A DNA stretch of 63,615 nucleotides, counting the filler, from Sluysia triapertura (taxonomy: Eukaryota): NCBI GenBank assembly GCA_046118255.1. It is 5 parts of 5 records of this genome, joined end to end, with 100 filler letters (N's around TTAATTAATTAA, not from the genome) between each part and the next. Parts side by side here need not be neighbours in the genome. Positions count along the whole stretch, not along the records: positions 39,996 to 52,688 come from JBJNIA010089792.1; positions 52,789 to 63,615 come from JBJNIA010192940.1; 3 more parts are not named here. One strand, written 5' to 3'. Below are positions 40,493 to 54,115 of this stretch, piece by piece. Position 1 is the first letter of the stretch. Every line of letters begins with the position of its first letter. The translations under genes were made by a program, and so were the position numbers. Under the pieces are notes generated by a model, which worked only from the letters and a program-made list of their open reading frames with translations, ran no database searches and had not been told where the DNA came from.

Positions 40493-41584
40493 GTTTATAA
40501 AATGATTAATAATAATATATTAAAAGCTTAAAATCTTAGAACCTTTGCGTTAATTTAAAACATTATTAAATTGCAATATTTAGTATGTTTTAAAAATATA
40601 TTATGAGATGTGATTCGTGAGTCACCTATTATCTTAGACTTACACACTTAAGGACTAAGTCGTAAGTGGCAAAAGAATAGTTAGTGGAGGTTGATGTAGT
40701 CTATAATTGTAATGCTAATAATAATTATTGATTTTTTTAGATATATTAAAAATTTAAAATTAATAATTGATAATTTAAGATTTTTTTAACGCATAATTAA
40801 AAACTAATCCAATTCTTTAGGTGTTTTACATTTAAAAACGGCGTTCCTAATCCGACAAGAAAGAAAAAATTATGATAACAAAAATATATAAAAATGATAT
40901 ATTTATACTTGTAAAAGCATTAGTAAAAACAATATAAATAACATAAAATTATAAGTAACACTGATATCGTAAGATTATTATATAATCTTTTGCTATTAAA
41001 ATTTAGAATAAATATTATGACATCCAAATTGAAATTTTAATTTTAAGTATTAATTTACAATCTAAAGAAAATAGGCTCACGATTAAACAATCTAACGATT
41101 AAACAATAAATTCCTCTATTGAAAACTGATAGCCATTCGAATGTAAAATCAAAAATGTAATCCTTTGATTGTAATATTGAAAAATTTTCTTTGTTATAGT
41201 CGAACACAATGACAGGATTTTTAAACAATTTTGTCTTAGTTTAAATAATGTTGTGCTGAATCTCAAATTTTTTGTTCTTTAAATAGTTGTTTGAACTGGC
41301 TGTTAATATTGATGTTTAAATATTTTAAATATTTTAATTTTAAATAAATGTTAATGTAATTATATGATGAATGATGATATTGATTTATAATAACTTATTA
41401 ATTTTAATACTATAATAAATTAATTTCAAAAAATTTATCGTCAAATAAGGACTTAAGATCCAGATTGATTAGATTATTCGCTGTATATAATCATTACAAA
41501 AATAGAATGGAACCTAAGGTCCAACTTTATGTGAAATATTAAAAATTTCAAATTTTTTATCTTTCGAAAGTGGCTTAAGGCCTT

Positions 41585-42214
41585 TTATGGTTGTTAAATC
41601 AGCATACAAATAGAAACAAAAATAAAATTAAACTGCGAAAAGCAAAAGTAAAAACACAAAGTGCATACTGATCAATAATAAAAACTATGAAAACATCCCA
41701 GATAACAAAATGAATCATTAGAAAAAACAAATATCTCCGCCACAATCAATCATTTCCTTCCACCATTGATTTTTGTGACTTTCTTTGAGAAGGTGAAGTA
41801 CCCATGATCCAAGCTTTTGAATTTTTCCCACTCTCTTGAGTTGTCGAGAAATAGTGGTGTCACCACAATCCATGGCTTGTTCAAGCGCTCGTGTCGAATG
41901 ACGCGGATCATCATGAATCAATTGATTCAAACAGTCTTCATCAAGGTCACTAGGTTGGCCTGACTGAGGTGCATCGTTTAGATCAAAACCACTGACTGCC
42001 TTTTCTCCATAAACGCAACAAATAGAAAATGAGTAGATGCCGGAAATTTTCATTTGTTTCGACCTGACACTCCATTTTAATGAGGGTAATGAAAGTGAAA
42101 GTTAGTCTAAAATGATTTAAATAGATAATTCAATATATAACTCAAATAAGTTAAAATAAAAAGTTAGTGTGTTTTCTTTGCAACAAATAAAGCCGCACCA
42201 ATTTATGCACTTAT
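41585..42214 (-). mobile_element. internally deleted mariner (Mos1/SETMAR-type) element
   Basis: DLNDAPQSGQPSDLDED...DPRHSTRALE...KLGSWVLHLL (WVPHEL motif) fused to C-terminal WKEMIDCGG. TIR-like TAAGTGCATAAATTGGTGCGG at the right end; left boundary approximate. Confidence 0.85.
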
Positions 42215-42254
42215 TATGTGGAGTATTGTGTCGCAATTATTATTTATAATTCAG

Positions 42255-42904
42255 CTAATTCCACAGTTTTCCATGACACAACGTCTCCCAAACATGACGG
42301 TTCTTGTATGAATAGTTTTAATTCGTCCGTCACTCAGGCAATCACAATTAAACAGTCAGTCAAAGGGCACATCCGACGAAGGTCTCTTTCACTGAATGAG
42401 TCATTGAATGGTACCGATAATCAAATAGGCCCTCAACCACACGGCAACAGTACTGGTGGTGGGAATGTATGTAATTCTCTCAGACAACATAGTAGTAACA
42501 AATTATTGTTTGAATTTGTCGATTATTCTCTTACATCGTCGTTATCCGATGACGACAAATCATATGTGGACGAATCACAAGTAAGTTTCATTTAATTAAC
42601 CAATCATTGTACTTTTAGCAAAACAGCTTTTCGCCAACATTATTAATTAATAATTACTTATACAGTAGACAATAAATGTGTATAATGAATTAGATAAACA
42701 AAGTTGTTTTTTGACAGATCAATACTTATTAAATACCGCCATTATATTATTCTATTTTTAGTTTTTTATTCTCTGCTACATTGTTGATTTCAATTTTATA
42801 TTGGCTGGCCAATTGAAATCTTTTTTATTTTTGACCTTTTGATATGAGATGACGTAATGAATAATAACGAAGTAATTATTTAATTTTAAGAATTCAAAAT
42901 TAAT

Positions 42905-42949
<45 letters not shown>

Positions 42950-45900
42950 TATAATTATAATTATAATTATAATAAATTAGTACAAAATAATGTACAAATG
43001 ACGCAACAATTAATAACGAAGTATCAATTAATTATTACGTCATTAGTACATAATTTTGTACTATTAAATTTATTATTATAATATTTATTAATATTATTAT
43101 TTATACTTAATTAAATTTCTTTTCTTTTATTCTTCTCATTACGAATATATGGAATAATAACGGAAGCTTTAACGTGTAAGGTGTTGTGATTATTATAAAT
43201 TTTGCTGAGTGTGTTTACAGTTCTTTGTATTTCTACTGAATCCAACAAATTGGGTTGGTGCATAACTCATTTGAGTTATATTTATTCAGATGAATTATCT
43301 ATTTCATTACCCTCATTAAAATGGAGTGTCAGGTAGATAAAAGTGAACATTTCCTGCATCTACTCATTTTCTATTTTAATCAACATTTAGACATTTCAGA
43401 AGCCACCAAAATGATTTGTTGCGTTTAAGGAGAAAAGGTGGATTGACAAATTTTTTGACCAAAAATCACCAAGATTCTTCAAATGTAAGTTTGTCAAACT
43501 ACCAGAACGGTGGAACGAAGTGATCGATTGTGGCGGAGAATATCTCACCGATTGAGAGACTGAGATAATTGTTTTTTTCTAATGATTTGTTATCTGAAAT
43601 TTTTTTTATTCTTGATCAGTACGCATTTTTGATAATTATAAGAAACCGCACCAAACTAATAGATAAACCATAATAAATTAATCATTTCTGAAGTACATAT
43701 AAATTCACATATTTTATATTTTATATTTGCATATCAGATCTGGATCTTTAATAGGACAATGTTATAAATTGTATGATTATTAAAGTGCATCGTGCACGGT
43801 GTATAAAAAATTACTTAGTGATACAAAATGAATTTGCTGAATTAAGTTGTATAAATTGTATAATCCATATTCTGAAGTGGATTCAATGAGCTATATTGAA
43901 GTTGTGTATGATTTGTAGTATAATATTATTGTTAAATGATTCAAGACTTAAAATGGTGTTAGTAGTTTGATTGCGAAAGTTTTAAGATAGAGATTGTGTT
44001 GAAATGTTTGAGGGTTATGTGATTTAAATTGGAGATTCTGTTAATTAAGATGATTTTCTGATAAAATACAAAAGAATTAAAATACACACTAGAGCTCCAA
44101 AAACTGGGACATTCTCAAACCGAATATCCTCAAACTGGAACATACTTGTACCTTATAATTTTACTATAATTTAGGAGAAAGGATAATTGTGTTTTGTTTA
44201 AATATTATTGATCAAAATTGTTCGTTATTGTGCTTATCTCAGAAAATAGCTTGATACAAATGATGTTGAAGCATGGATGAAAGAATTGAAAATATTGATT
44301 CCGAAAATAAATAAGAGGATTCTTGTTCAGATGTTGAAAAAGAAAATTGTGAACAGATACCTCAATGGATACTGTGCTCAAATTCATAGAGTAATCCTTG
44401 ATTTACAGAAGACTCCCCCTTAAGCAAGCATATGCTTTGAAAAGAGAAATAGCTAAGCAGAAGTTTCAAAGCAGTCAAAATTCCGACATTCGTAATCTTG
44501 TTAAAGCACTCTAGAGTTAGTCATTGATGAACTGGAAGGAGAAGAAGCCAGCACAACAGATGAATAAAGATCTTAACATCAACCACAGCTGCAAAATTAA
44601 ATATTAATAAAATTTAATTAATCAGTCAATACTTAAAAGCGTATGTTTTTTATTTAAGTGTATGAAATTCATTTATTATCTAATTTTTAGTAAGTATCTG
44701 TAATTATGTAAATATAGTTAACAAAATATACACTTGTTTGATTTTGCAAATCTTTTGTTTTAACTATCTTCTTCCTGTAACTATTATGTACTAATATTAT
44801 CCAGGAATTCTATTATCTACTACTGTTAATTGTTTCAAATGAATTATTAAACATAATTATACTACTTTCAAATATCAATAAATAAATTTTAAATACTTGG
44901 AAGAATTTGTAAGACATCATTTGTACTCAGTAATGTAAATGTACTGATGACCAGATAATGAAAAGTAAAATATATTGTTTGAGCGTTGTGCACGACAGAT
45001 TATATTCGACATGAATTAGTTAGTGGGCTCTTATATTTGAGTACGGTTTTTGTATTTGGAAAAAATAACAAATTATAGAATTTATTTATATTTTGTTTTA
45101 AACTTTATAAAAACCAATCACAAAATAATTATTAAGTAAATGTCTTGTGCTTAGAATATCGTATTTTCTACAAATAATACAACATTTTTAGATGCATAAT
45201 GAAGAGATGAAGTTATACTATAAAAGAAAAAAGCGTGAAATTCTTCAGAAATAAGAGAAAACAACGGAAATATTTCAAAAATGGTTCGAGAAGTGAATGA
45301 GCTTTTAAACACCAGTAGTATATCAACCACAAAAAATCGGAAGTGGTAAAAGAGCACGATTCTGTGAGTTAGAAGAAATATAAGAAATATAAGTTTATAA
45401 ACGAATTATTTGTTTAAATAAGCTAAGATCGAAAGCTTTGAAGTTGAGTTCTGAATTACAAAAATAAGGAAAGAATATTATCAGACTTGATTAAATGAAT
45501 CTGGGCCATTCGAAATTAGATAGTTTTACTGAAGAAACGGTATCGAATCTATTATCAAATAATTCCGAGGATTGTGTGGTGATTCCAATTGTTAGATGTC
45601 TAATCATCCAAAACTATTAACTGCAAAAGGATGTAGATAACAACCAGACTGGGAAACTATTCTTGGCTTTATTTCCAGATGTTTGTTTGCAATTTCTACA
45701 GAATGTGTGACTAAATCATTCAAACTCTATGGGATCGATAATGTTGTGTCAATTTATCATCAGAAATTCCTAATGAAAAGCTGAGATTGGTTCTAGACAT
45801 GACACCCGTATCAGAACCCAGCGAAGAAAAATATAATAAATAATATAATATATATTGTTATATGTACCTTATGTACCCAGTGCTTATTACTTGGAATTTT

Positions 45901-47753
45901 TAAATTTTCCAAATTTTCACGTTTTTGTGTATTTTTAGGTGGGCCTATATTTGAGAAAATCCGGTAATATGATTAGTCAAATAGAATGACTAAGTAAATA
46001 AAATTTGCTGATTCTTCATAAAATTGTTTATCCGGGTCATCCTCATTTAGGGCATGAAGACCAATGTTATGCAAGGTACGGTGGAGTGAAGTTCGTGAAA
46101 TGTTCAGCTCTTTCGATGCCTGGCGGATAGATTTTTTAGGAGAATAAACAAACGCAGTTGTCACTATATCCCTGTTTTCAGATGAACGAACTGTTTTCGG
46201 ACGACCTTCTCTTGACACACTTCCAGTTACTTCAAATTTGGATACAAGATTGAACATTGTCGACTTACTCGGTACAGGTGTTCTGAAGTTTGCTAGTCCT
46301 TGCATAGTAATTCTTAATAACGAAAATACCTTCGATGGATTTTTAATAATGAGGTTCCATAATCGCACGATTATCAAAAATCAAGCAATGACGTCAGTAC
46401 AAAATCAATAAGATCACACAACGAAAGTCATTCGAAAGACTACTATTCACAAAAGGAAGTGAATAGTAGCTATTATTATTATTGTTATTGTTATTCTCTT
46501 TTTGAATCGATTTTTTCACTTCCTTGATATCCTTGTCCTTTTTTAATTCTTCACATATTCTGTTGTTTAAATGAATTTAGTTTTTTATGATCCTGTTGAC
46601 GATCTTGATGATCTTTAATTCGCATTGTTTTTCTCTTAATATTTTCCGATCCTGACAACGATTCCGAAGAAACATATCAGTATATTAATCTTGTCAATGT
46701 AGAAGATAATTTGTTTATTTTTATACAGATAAATGTTTACATTTTTCATCTATATTAATGTTTTCGGTATTCGAATTTGATGTTGTTTCTTTTGCAGACA
46801 CAATGTTAGATTCTGTTAGAACGATTGCATGGCATATTAATAAATATACGACGTCCGAATTTGGGAATGTCCATTTCACTAATTTTCTGTTCATTTTATA
46901 TATTGGAATTATTTGTAGCACCTTAAGCAATCCGCTAAATTGTTGAAGTTATTCGCTTTGCCATTTCTATCTTGAGTGTTATTGGTTATCTAAGTTTATT
47001 ATTATTTCAAGATATTTGTCATAAATAATCATATACATGTATAAAAATCAAATACTAGTATACTTGTGGTTGACAATGGGAATGAATGCAACAGGACTCG
47101 ACACAAATCATGAATCACACAAATATAGATGAGGGTATAAAAATACTAAAAAATGGGACACAATTTTCTGTAAATTTGCAAACGCTGTTTATTCAATGCT
47201 GACGATGACTTAGATTCTATTTCGTGTCAGAGAGAACACGGGATCTTGTAATATGGAATAATTTGACTCTAACTCAGTTAGTTTATCTGCAACGTCTCTT
47301 TCATCAGTAAGAGCAGTGTAGTTTTGTTGAGTCAGAAGTAGTACTATCAATAAATTATTAGATGGGGGAAATAAACATAACAAATTAATAAATAAAGTAG
47401 AATTTTTGTAAAAACAAATTATTTGTAGCCCTTTTTTTCAAGTTTTTACACAAATTTATATTCGTCGTTGGTTAACTAATTCATTTATGTGAACACAATT
47501 ATTAATCAATCTGATTCATCAGGAACTTTATCTTCAACTTATAAAATTTAAGATTTGAAGTAGTAATTTCATTATCATGTCATTTTGTTATTTTTAAAAA
47601 TTGAACTCTTTAAATTAAGGTTTCAGATTAAGATTTACAGTTTAATTTGTTCTGGTATGTGCGATATTTTGTTATGTCGAAACTTTGAATATGTTGCTGA
47701 CTGCATGCAAAATATTTCATAGCGGTGACGATTAAGATGAGTAGATGATGATA

Positions 47754-47814
<61 letters not shown>

Positions 47815-48304
47815 GTATGATGATAATAATAATGATAATAATTATAATACTAAGTATGATGATAATAATGATAATAATAATGATAATAACGGTTATAATA
47901 ATGATAATAATTATGATAATACTAAGTATGATGATAATGATATTAATAATGATTATAATAATGATAATAATTATAATAGTAAGTATGATGATAATAATGA
48001 TAATAATAACGATAATAATGATTATAATAATGATAATAATTATGATAATAGTATGATGATAATAATGATAATAATAATGATAATAATATTTATTTACAAA
48101 TAAATCTGAAAATATCAGTACATAAATTAACCTTAGCGGTAACATGTATTTTTGTTCAATATTAAATAATATTGAGTGTTCATTTTGATATATTTGTGTA
48201 TATGGTATTGTTAAACAGATTATTTCGTATTTGAAATTCAAGTTAAGTATTGTAAGGTCATTTGTTTTATGTGTAAGCACGTGTTTCATTTGGTGTTTTT
48301 AGAA

Positions 48305-48339
<35 letters not shown>

Positions 48340-50379
48340 CGGTACTTCTTTGTCATTTAATCAATTACTTGAATTATATTTAATAACTTAATCTTGAAAG
48401 CATATTATTGTTTTTAAATGATCAATTGAAATCTACCTTTTACTACTGACTGTCTTAAAGTAAATACGTCACATATCTTTGATAAACATCCGAAATAATT
48501 CTTTGCGTGCTCTGTTGAATTTGTTTCTTTGTATTCTATTTATATTCGATTAAAATAGAACATTTAACTGAGTATTAACTCTGTTATGCTTGCTTAATTT
48601 GAGAATTCTATTACGTTATTCGTCTACGAAGTTTCTATTTCGAACAATATTTGTAGAGCGGCCCTTTGAAGGATTATTTGTGGTTCTCGATAAATGTTTC
48701 CGATTTCCATTTTACAAAATGTCTTTTAAATATGATTGACTAAGTGCAACACGTTGTAACACATTTCATTTCCATCCAAGTTAAGAATGATATGATTCAT
48801 CGAAAAATTTCAAATTTTGAAAAATGTCTCGGACTATCAAGGAGCTTGGCCACCCTTGTATAGACAACTGATACTAACACGGACTGTCACTATAACTTTG
48901 CATAAGTTATAATAATGAAGAAAAATTTTAATGAAAAATGTACTCTAATTTAATTTAGTAGAAAATTAGTCTTAAAATCATATTCAAAGTAATATTTGTT
49001 AGTTCTGTTTCTATCTTTATCTGGATAAGTTATGATAAAATAAGGTTTTAACGATTAATCGAACATGGTAGGAACATATATTTCAATTTCTCTAATTAGT
49101 TTCGATCTACACCCAGTTCAAAAATCTGAGAACTAATCGTCTAACAGTTTGAGATGAATGATCTGCTAATATTTTTTTTGACCTAGTCAGATGAATGCTA
49201 ACATCAGTATTTTCACCAGGTACTTGTAAATGAATAAAAGCAAAAGACAGATGAATTAGAATATGAAGCTTCGATTGTTTGTTTTATCTTATCTGTTCAG
49301 TTGGAATCTGAATGATGAATGCGATTCGCCATTTTTGATCGATGTGCGATGTATCTATTGTGGCTATTCAAAATCGTTTCATTTCATAGAATCGTTGTTG
49401 TCTATTTTTCATTAACCGTTTGCTATTGTTTTACCGTGATTATTGTTACTAATAATAAAACTTTGAAAGGATATGCTGAATGTCATTGTTATAAATCTGG
49501 ACTCAATAACTCATCCACTTTCTCGATAGGTGAAATCTACTGTATTCAATATCATCAAAGAAATGATTGAGTCGTTGATTTGAAACATCGACCATTTCCA
49601 TATTTTAATTCTTAGTCGTTATTGGTCGAATGTTATTACAAAATTTTGATTTTTTAAAATTACTGTCTTAATAAAATATGGATTTGCAGCTACTGTAGTC
49701 AATTCACATTTCAATTGGATGTTAATTGGATGATGATGACAAACTAATAATTGATGATTCATATATATCAAAAGTAACCGAACCGCAAATGTAATTTTTT
49801 CTTTTATGTCATTTTATGTGTTATCTTCGCTACTATTCATTTCCTTCTGCGAATAGTAGTCTTTGGAATGACTTGTTGTGCGATCTTATTGATTTTGTTC
49901 TGACGCCATTGATGGATTTTTGTTCAGTTTGCGCTTCTGGACCCTCATTCTTAAAAATGCACAATTACTATGCAAGGTTTTACAAACTTCAGAACACATG
50001 TATCGAGTAATTCGACAATGTTCAATCTTGTATCCAAATCTGAAAATTCTAAAGAATGTGGTCCTAAAAAATCTATCCATCAGGTATTGAAAGAGCTGAA
50101 CATTTCTTAAATCTCACTCCACCGTATCTTGTATGACATTGGTCTAAAACCATACAGACCTCATCTTCTTCATGACCTAAATGAGGATGACACGGATCAA
50201 CGATTAGAATTTTGTGAAGAATCACAAAATTGTAAATTATGGATTGGTTATATTTTAATTGGTTATTTTTAACCAACCATAATAATTCTCCAATTTTCAT
50301 AAAAAATGAATAAGTTTAACTGTTGCACAACGTATATTAATGAAAGGTTCATTGCTTAAGCCTCAGAAATTTATAAACA

Positions 50380-50428
<49 letters not shown>

Positions 50429-52122
50429 TTTATTATTTTCTAAATTGAAAAATCATGACGATATTAATTTTCACGTAGTAATTGTCTCAAAGTCTTACAA
50501 CAATCACCAAGATAACATGATTTAAATGTTATTTCTTTAATGAAAAGCGACATTGACGTTAACTTTTATTTAATTAAATCATTATGATAATTATAATCAT
50601 TATAATAATCATAATATAATTGAGTTGAGTGTAAAGTACAAATCAAGTAATGATCAAAGTTAAATCAATAATTTTTTATTTCATTCACTGTGAACTATTA
50701 TCATTATATAATTATTAATTATATTTTATTTCAAATTTCATGTTTTAATTTCAATTTAAAGTACATGTGCTTGTGTTTGTGTTTTTTTGTAGTAAAATGT
50801 GAAAATAAATTATTTACAACTTATGTACTACTTATTTTATAAAGTAGATTATGATCGACTAATTTTAAATGAATACTAATAAACTTAATTGATTATTTAG
50901 GATTGTCCCATTGAAGTTTTAATGGAACGTTTACGTACCGCATTAAATGATGAGGATGAATTCAATTCTAGTGATGTTGAGAAAATGTTTGCCAATGTAG
51001 AAAAAGAAAACGAAACGAGTTTGTTTTTAATTCAATTAAGTATGTTACTAAAATTATTAGTTTTTTATTGGTTTATGTCAAGGTCATTTTTTAATATTCT
51101 GTATTTTGATTTGTTATGAATAAGAATAAGTTTAAATGTGTATTCTCCCTCGTATCTTTTTTCGAAAACAAGTCTTCTATGACTTAATTTGATATAAAAT
51201 AAATTATAATTAATTAATTAATTGTGTATCGGAAAAGTCAGACTAATAATGAAGCAACTAAGAAATGAATACATTTCTTCAAACAATGCATCTTAAACTA
51301 AGTTTATCATTATAAATGTCTACTCTCTTTTCGTGTGTCCAGGTATAAGTTTTCAGGGCCCAGGATACATTACATAGTAACATTGTAGAAAATTCAAAAT
51401 CCAAATTATGATTTATCCAATCAATTTCAAAATTAAAACGAAATTGTACACTCATGGAGAGCAAATAACGGAGTCGTAACCGGGTAACTGATGCACCCGA
51501 ATGTAGCCCAAGTCTGAGGGGACCCTTACAGGGCCGACGGAAATTTCTCCCATAAAGAACAATGCATTTATGACGTCATTGAAGCAAAAAAGCCGCCTGG
51601 CCGATTTATGTATGCTGACGATATTCTCACGATCGTTTTCTAATCCATGAATTTGCTCTTTGGTTTTTATTTTATATATACTTTTTGAATGTAACAAACA
51701 TAATGGTTGCGTTTTTTGGTACTACATGGGTCTCGAAATTAATATCAGAGGCTACTTACGGCTCTTCCAAATAAGATCGTTCTACCAAGCAAAAAAGTAC
51801 TTTCAAATCAGAAACAAAGAAACCTGTGATCGAGATGGTACATATTTAATAGAGAATATCTCTGATTACACAATGAACGAGAATATCATTGAATAAGTAG
51901 CTTCGTGAACTTTTACATTGAGGCGCAATACACATTTTATATTAATTTTATTTTTATTTTTATTCTCCTTTATTATTTATTATTATATGTTTAATTATTT
52001 CAGTTGTCAAAAGTCCATGTCATCCAGTGACGATAGATCCTCTTAGTCAAGGGTTCTTGATTTGTAAAAATTTTGGATATTCGAATTTTAATTCTTCACA
52101 GTGTCCTATACTCAGATTCCAA
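42255..52122 (+). CDS. partial multi-exon gene, unknown Ser-rich protein; exons 42255-42580, 50901-51018, 52004-52052, 52102-52122
   Basis: Canonical AG/GT boundaries with consistent phases give ...HIRRRSLSLNES...SYVDESQ|DCPIEVLMERLRTALNDEDEFNSSDVEKMFANVEKENET|IVKSPCHPVTIDPLSQG|VLYSDS. Exon linkage is inferred from phase only. Confidence 0.6.
42960..43085. repeat. foldback hairpin next to an (AAT)n tract
   Basis: AGTACAAAATAATGTACAAATGACGCAACAATTAAT (from 42979) pairs with ATTAATTATTACGTCATTAGTACATAATTTTGTACT (to 43062): 36 bp, 4 mismatches, 12-nt loop. Confidence 0.8.
43250..43674 (+). mobile_element. second deleted mariner copy, inverted relative to 41585-42214
   Basis: Shares TTTCATTACCCTCATTAAAATGGAGTGTCAGGT, GATTGTGGCGGAGA and the 3' UTR with the reverse complement of the first copy. 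TIR-like GGTTGGTGCATAA and AAACCGCACCAA. C-terminal KLPERWNEVIDCGGEY. Confidence 0.85.
45020..45966 (+). mobile_element. pogo-like transposon remnant
   Basis: Right end GGGCCTATATTTGAGAAAATCCGGTA resembles CCGTATTTTC-type pogo TIRs. Remnant VTKSFKLYGI resembles the pogo C-terminal I.KSFKKCGI. Confidence 0.45.
45973..46377 (-). mobile_element. Tc1/mariner (DUF4817-HTH type) transposase fragment
   Basis: PSKSTMFNLVSKFEVTGSV..GRPKTVRSSENRDIV...SPKKSIRQASKELNISRTSLHRTL...LNEDD is a typical paired-HTH N-terminus. Confidence 0.85.
47740..48086. repeat. compound (AAT/GAT) microsatellite with higher-order units
   Basis: AAT/GAT triplets punctuated about five times by AGTATGATGATAAT. Source of the spurious poly-Ile ORFs. 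Confidence 0.95.
48420..48860 (-). mobile_element. Tc1/mariner remnant
   Basis: Terminus TACAAGGGTGGCCAAG (TACAGGGTG-type TIR) at 48860; internal GRSTNIVRN-like HTH linker remnant. Confidence 0.5.
49940..50230 (+). mobile_element. DUF4817-type Tc1/mariner fragment, inverted homolog of 45973-46377
   Basis: Translates TITMQGFTNFRTHVSSNSTMFNLVSK...PKKSIHQVLKELNIS*ISLHRILYDIGLKPYRPHLLHDLNEDDTDQRLEFCE. Confidence 0.85.
51455..51643 (+). mobile_element. non-LTR (LINE) reverse transcriptase fragment
   Basis: GC-rich island. One frame reads NNGVVTG*...V*GDP...FMYADDIL, i.e. degenerate QGDP and YADD motifs in the expected order. Confidence 0.6.
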
Positions 52123-52688
52123 GTTAGTATTCACAAATTCATGTATTATCATCATTATTATTATTATTACTATTATTATCATTGTAATTATTATTATTAC
52201 TGTTATTACTATTATCATTGCTATAATAATTATTATTATCGTCATTATTGTTATTGTTTTTTTGGAGAAATACTCTGACACCATTTTATGGCGTATACGT
52301 CTTTGGGGCGTTTAAAGATGTTTTCAGTTTTAAACGTTGTCGTTCAAATAAGAAGATAACATGCGTATCTATATGTTCGTTTCGAATCAGTTCATAGAAA
52401 AGGTTTAACATGTTAAACGTCATTCTGCTACTACACTTCAAATGAGCTATATATAAAACTAAATTGGAACTCGTCAATGTTTCTTTTTTGTTACTTAAAT
52501 ACTTAGTCCCTTTCATTTTTTGATTTTTTAACAATTAATTTGATAAATCGAATCTTAAAATTATTAAAAGATTTATCTTCACTCATTTGTATTAAACATA
52601 AAAATATTAATTTATCATTTACGAAGAATGAAAAGGCTTCCAAATTAGTAACATCAAAATTTATTAATAACACATCTAATGTTTTGAG

Positions 52689-52788
52689 NNNNNNNNNNNN
52701 NNNNNNNNNNNNNNNNNNNNNNNNNNNNNNNNTTAATTAATTAANNNNNNNNNNNNNNNNNNNNNNNNNNNNNNNNNNNNNNNNNNNN
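52689..52788. other. artificial contig linker N44-TTAATTAATTAA-N44
   Basis: Same 100-bp linker. Confidence 0.97.

Positions 52789-52860
<72 letters not shown>
52789..52860. repeat. (ATT)n microsatellite at contig start
   Basis: Pure ATT array. Confidence 0.98.
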
Positions 52861-52862
<2 letters not shown>

Positions 52863-54115
52863 GTACTTCACTAAATTTATTAAGATAAAATTTTATAAGT
52901 TATTAATAATAATTAGTTTTCATTTTTATTTTATTTTTTATTCAATTTAAAAATTTATATTAACCTTGAAATTAATCTTTAATAAATTGAAAATAAACTC
53001 TGAATCTCATTTAGAGAACACATAATTAGACCATTATGTTATGAACCTTAACGTAGTTAGATTCGAATTTATACTTGTTAAACATAAAAATAATGTAGAA
53101 TTAAAACTTAATATTGATATAAAAACTATAGTACACTTCCAAAAAATTGAGTTTTATCGAGAAGTCACGTTTGAAACTATTAAAACTAATTTTTTTCATT
53201 TATATTGTTGCATTAAAAACATTTTGACTTTCGATTATTTCGTCTCTTTTCTAACGTTTGTAACAAAGAATCCAGTTAAAATAAATGATTTCATGTTCTA
53301 CTCTAATTTAAATATTCAAAAAATTTAAAGATAACATTCGAATTTGCATTATTAACTAATTGTGTTTTACAACTTCCTAAATATACGCCCTAATATAAAC
53401 ATTGATCCATAATTAACCTCCACTTTTACATTAACCTTAATTCCTTATTGTCCAATCTACCTATATTAATCGCCACAATTAATTAATGTCTCTTATTTCG
53501 AACCTTAAACAATCTAAAAACATTAATACTTTAAGGAATTTCATACAATAACGTATAACAAATTAGAATTACAATATGAATTTTGAATATGTCTTGTTAC
53601 TTCTTTTTTGAAATATTTACTATTGTCTTAAATTGGTATATAATAGACCCATTATATCATGTTAAAATTTCGTAATCTGTAAGTAATTTAACATTGTATA
53701 TTTTTGAAACATAATCACTTAGAATCTATCACATATCTCATTATTACTGTGTATTCCGCAATAAAATTAAATTACAAAATTATTTTCACGAATTTTAATA
53801 TTTGAATTATTATCTATTTTGGTATATAATATTACTTAAATACCATTAATTTGAAAGTAAGTTAGAGGTAAAAAAATTATATAGAAAATGTCTTTAAGAA
53901 AAAAATTAACTAATTTATTTAACTAATTAACTAAAAAAATGTAATTTACACATCAAAAGATATTTTACTGATAAAATTCAAATTACGAAATGAATTATCA
54001 ACAATATTTTTAATACATATCGATTGGAATTATTATTTAATTAATTATTATAGTTACATCCTATTTAAACCATTTTTTGCTATTATGCGATTAATATAAT
54101 ATGCAGTAATTAATA

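Noticed and set aside
44944-44965. Hammerhead ribozyme core (CTGATGA...GAAA); CTGATGA also at 5585, 25637 and 31894
   Set aside because: No supporting stems I-III or correctly placed GAAA/UH could be found by eye.
47732-48289. Poly-Ile/Met ORFs (also 50340-50525 and 52027-52315)
   Set aside because: Translations of AAT/GAT microsatellites, not proteins.
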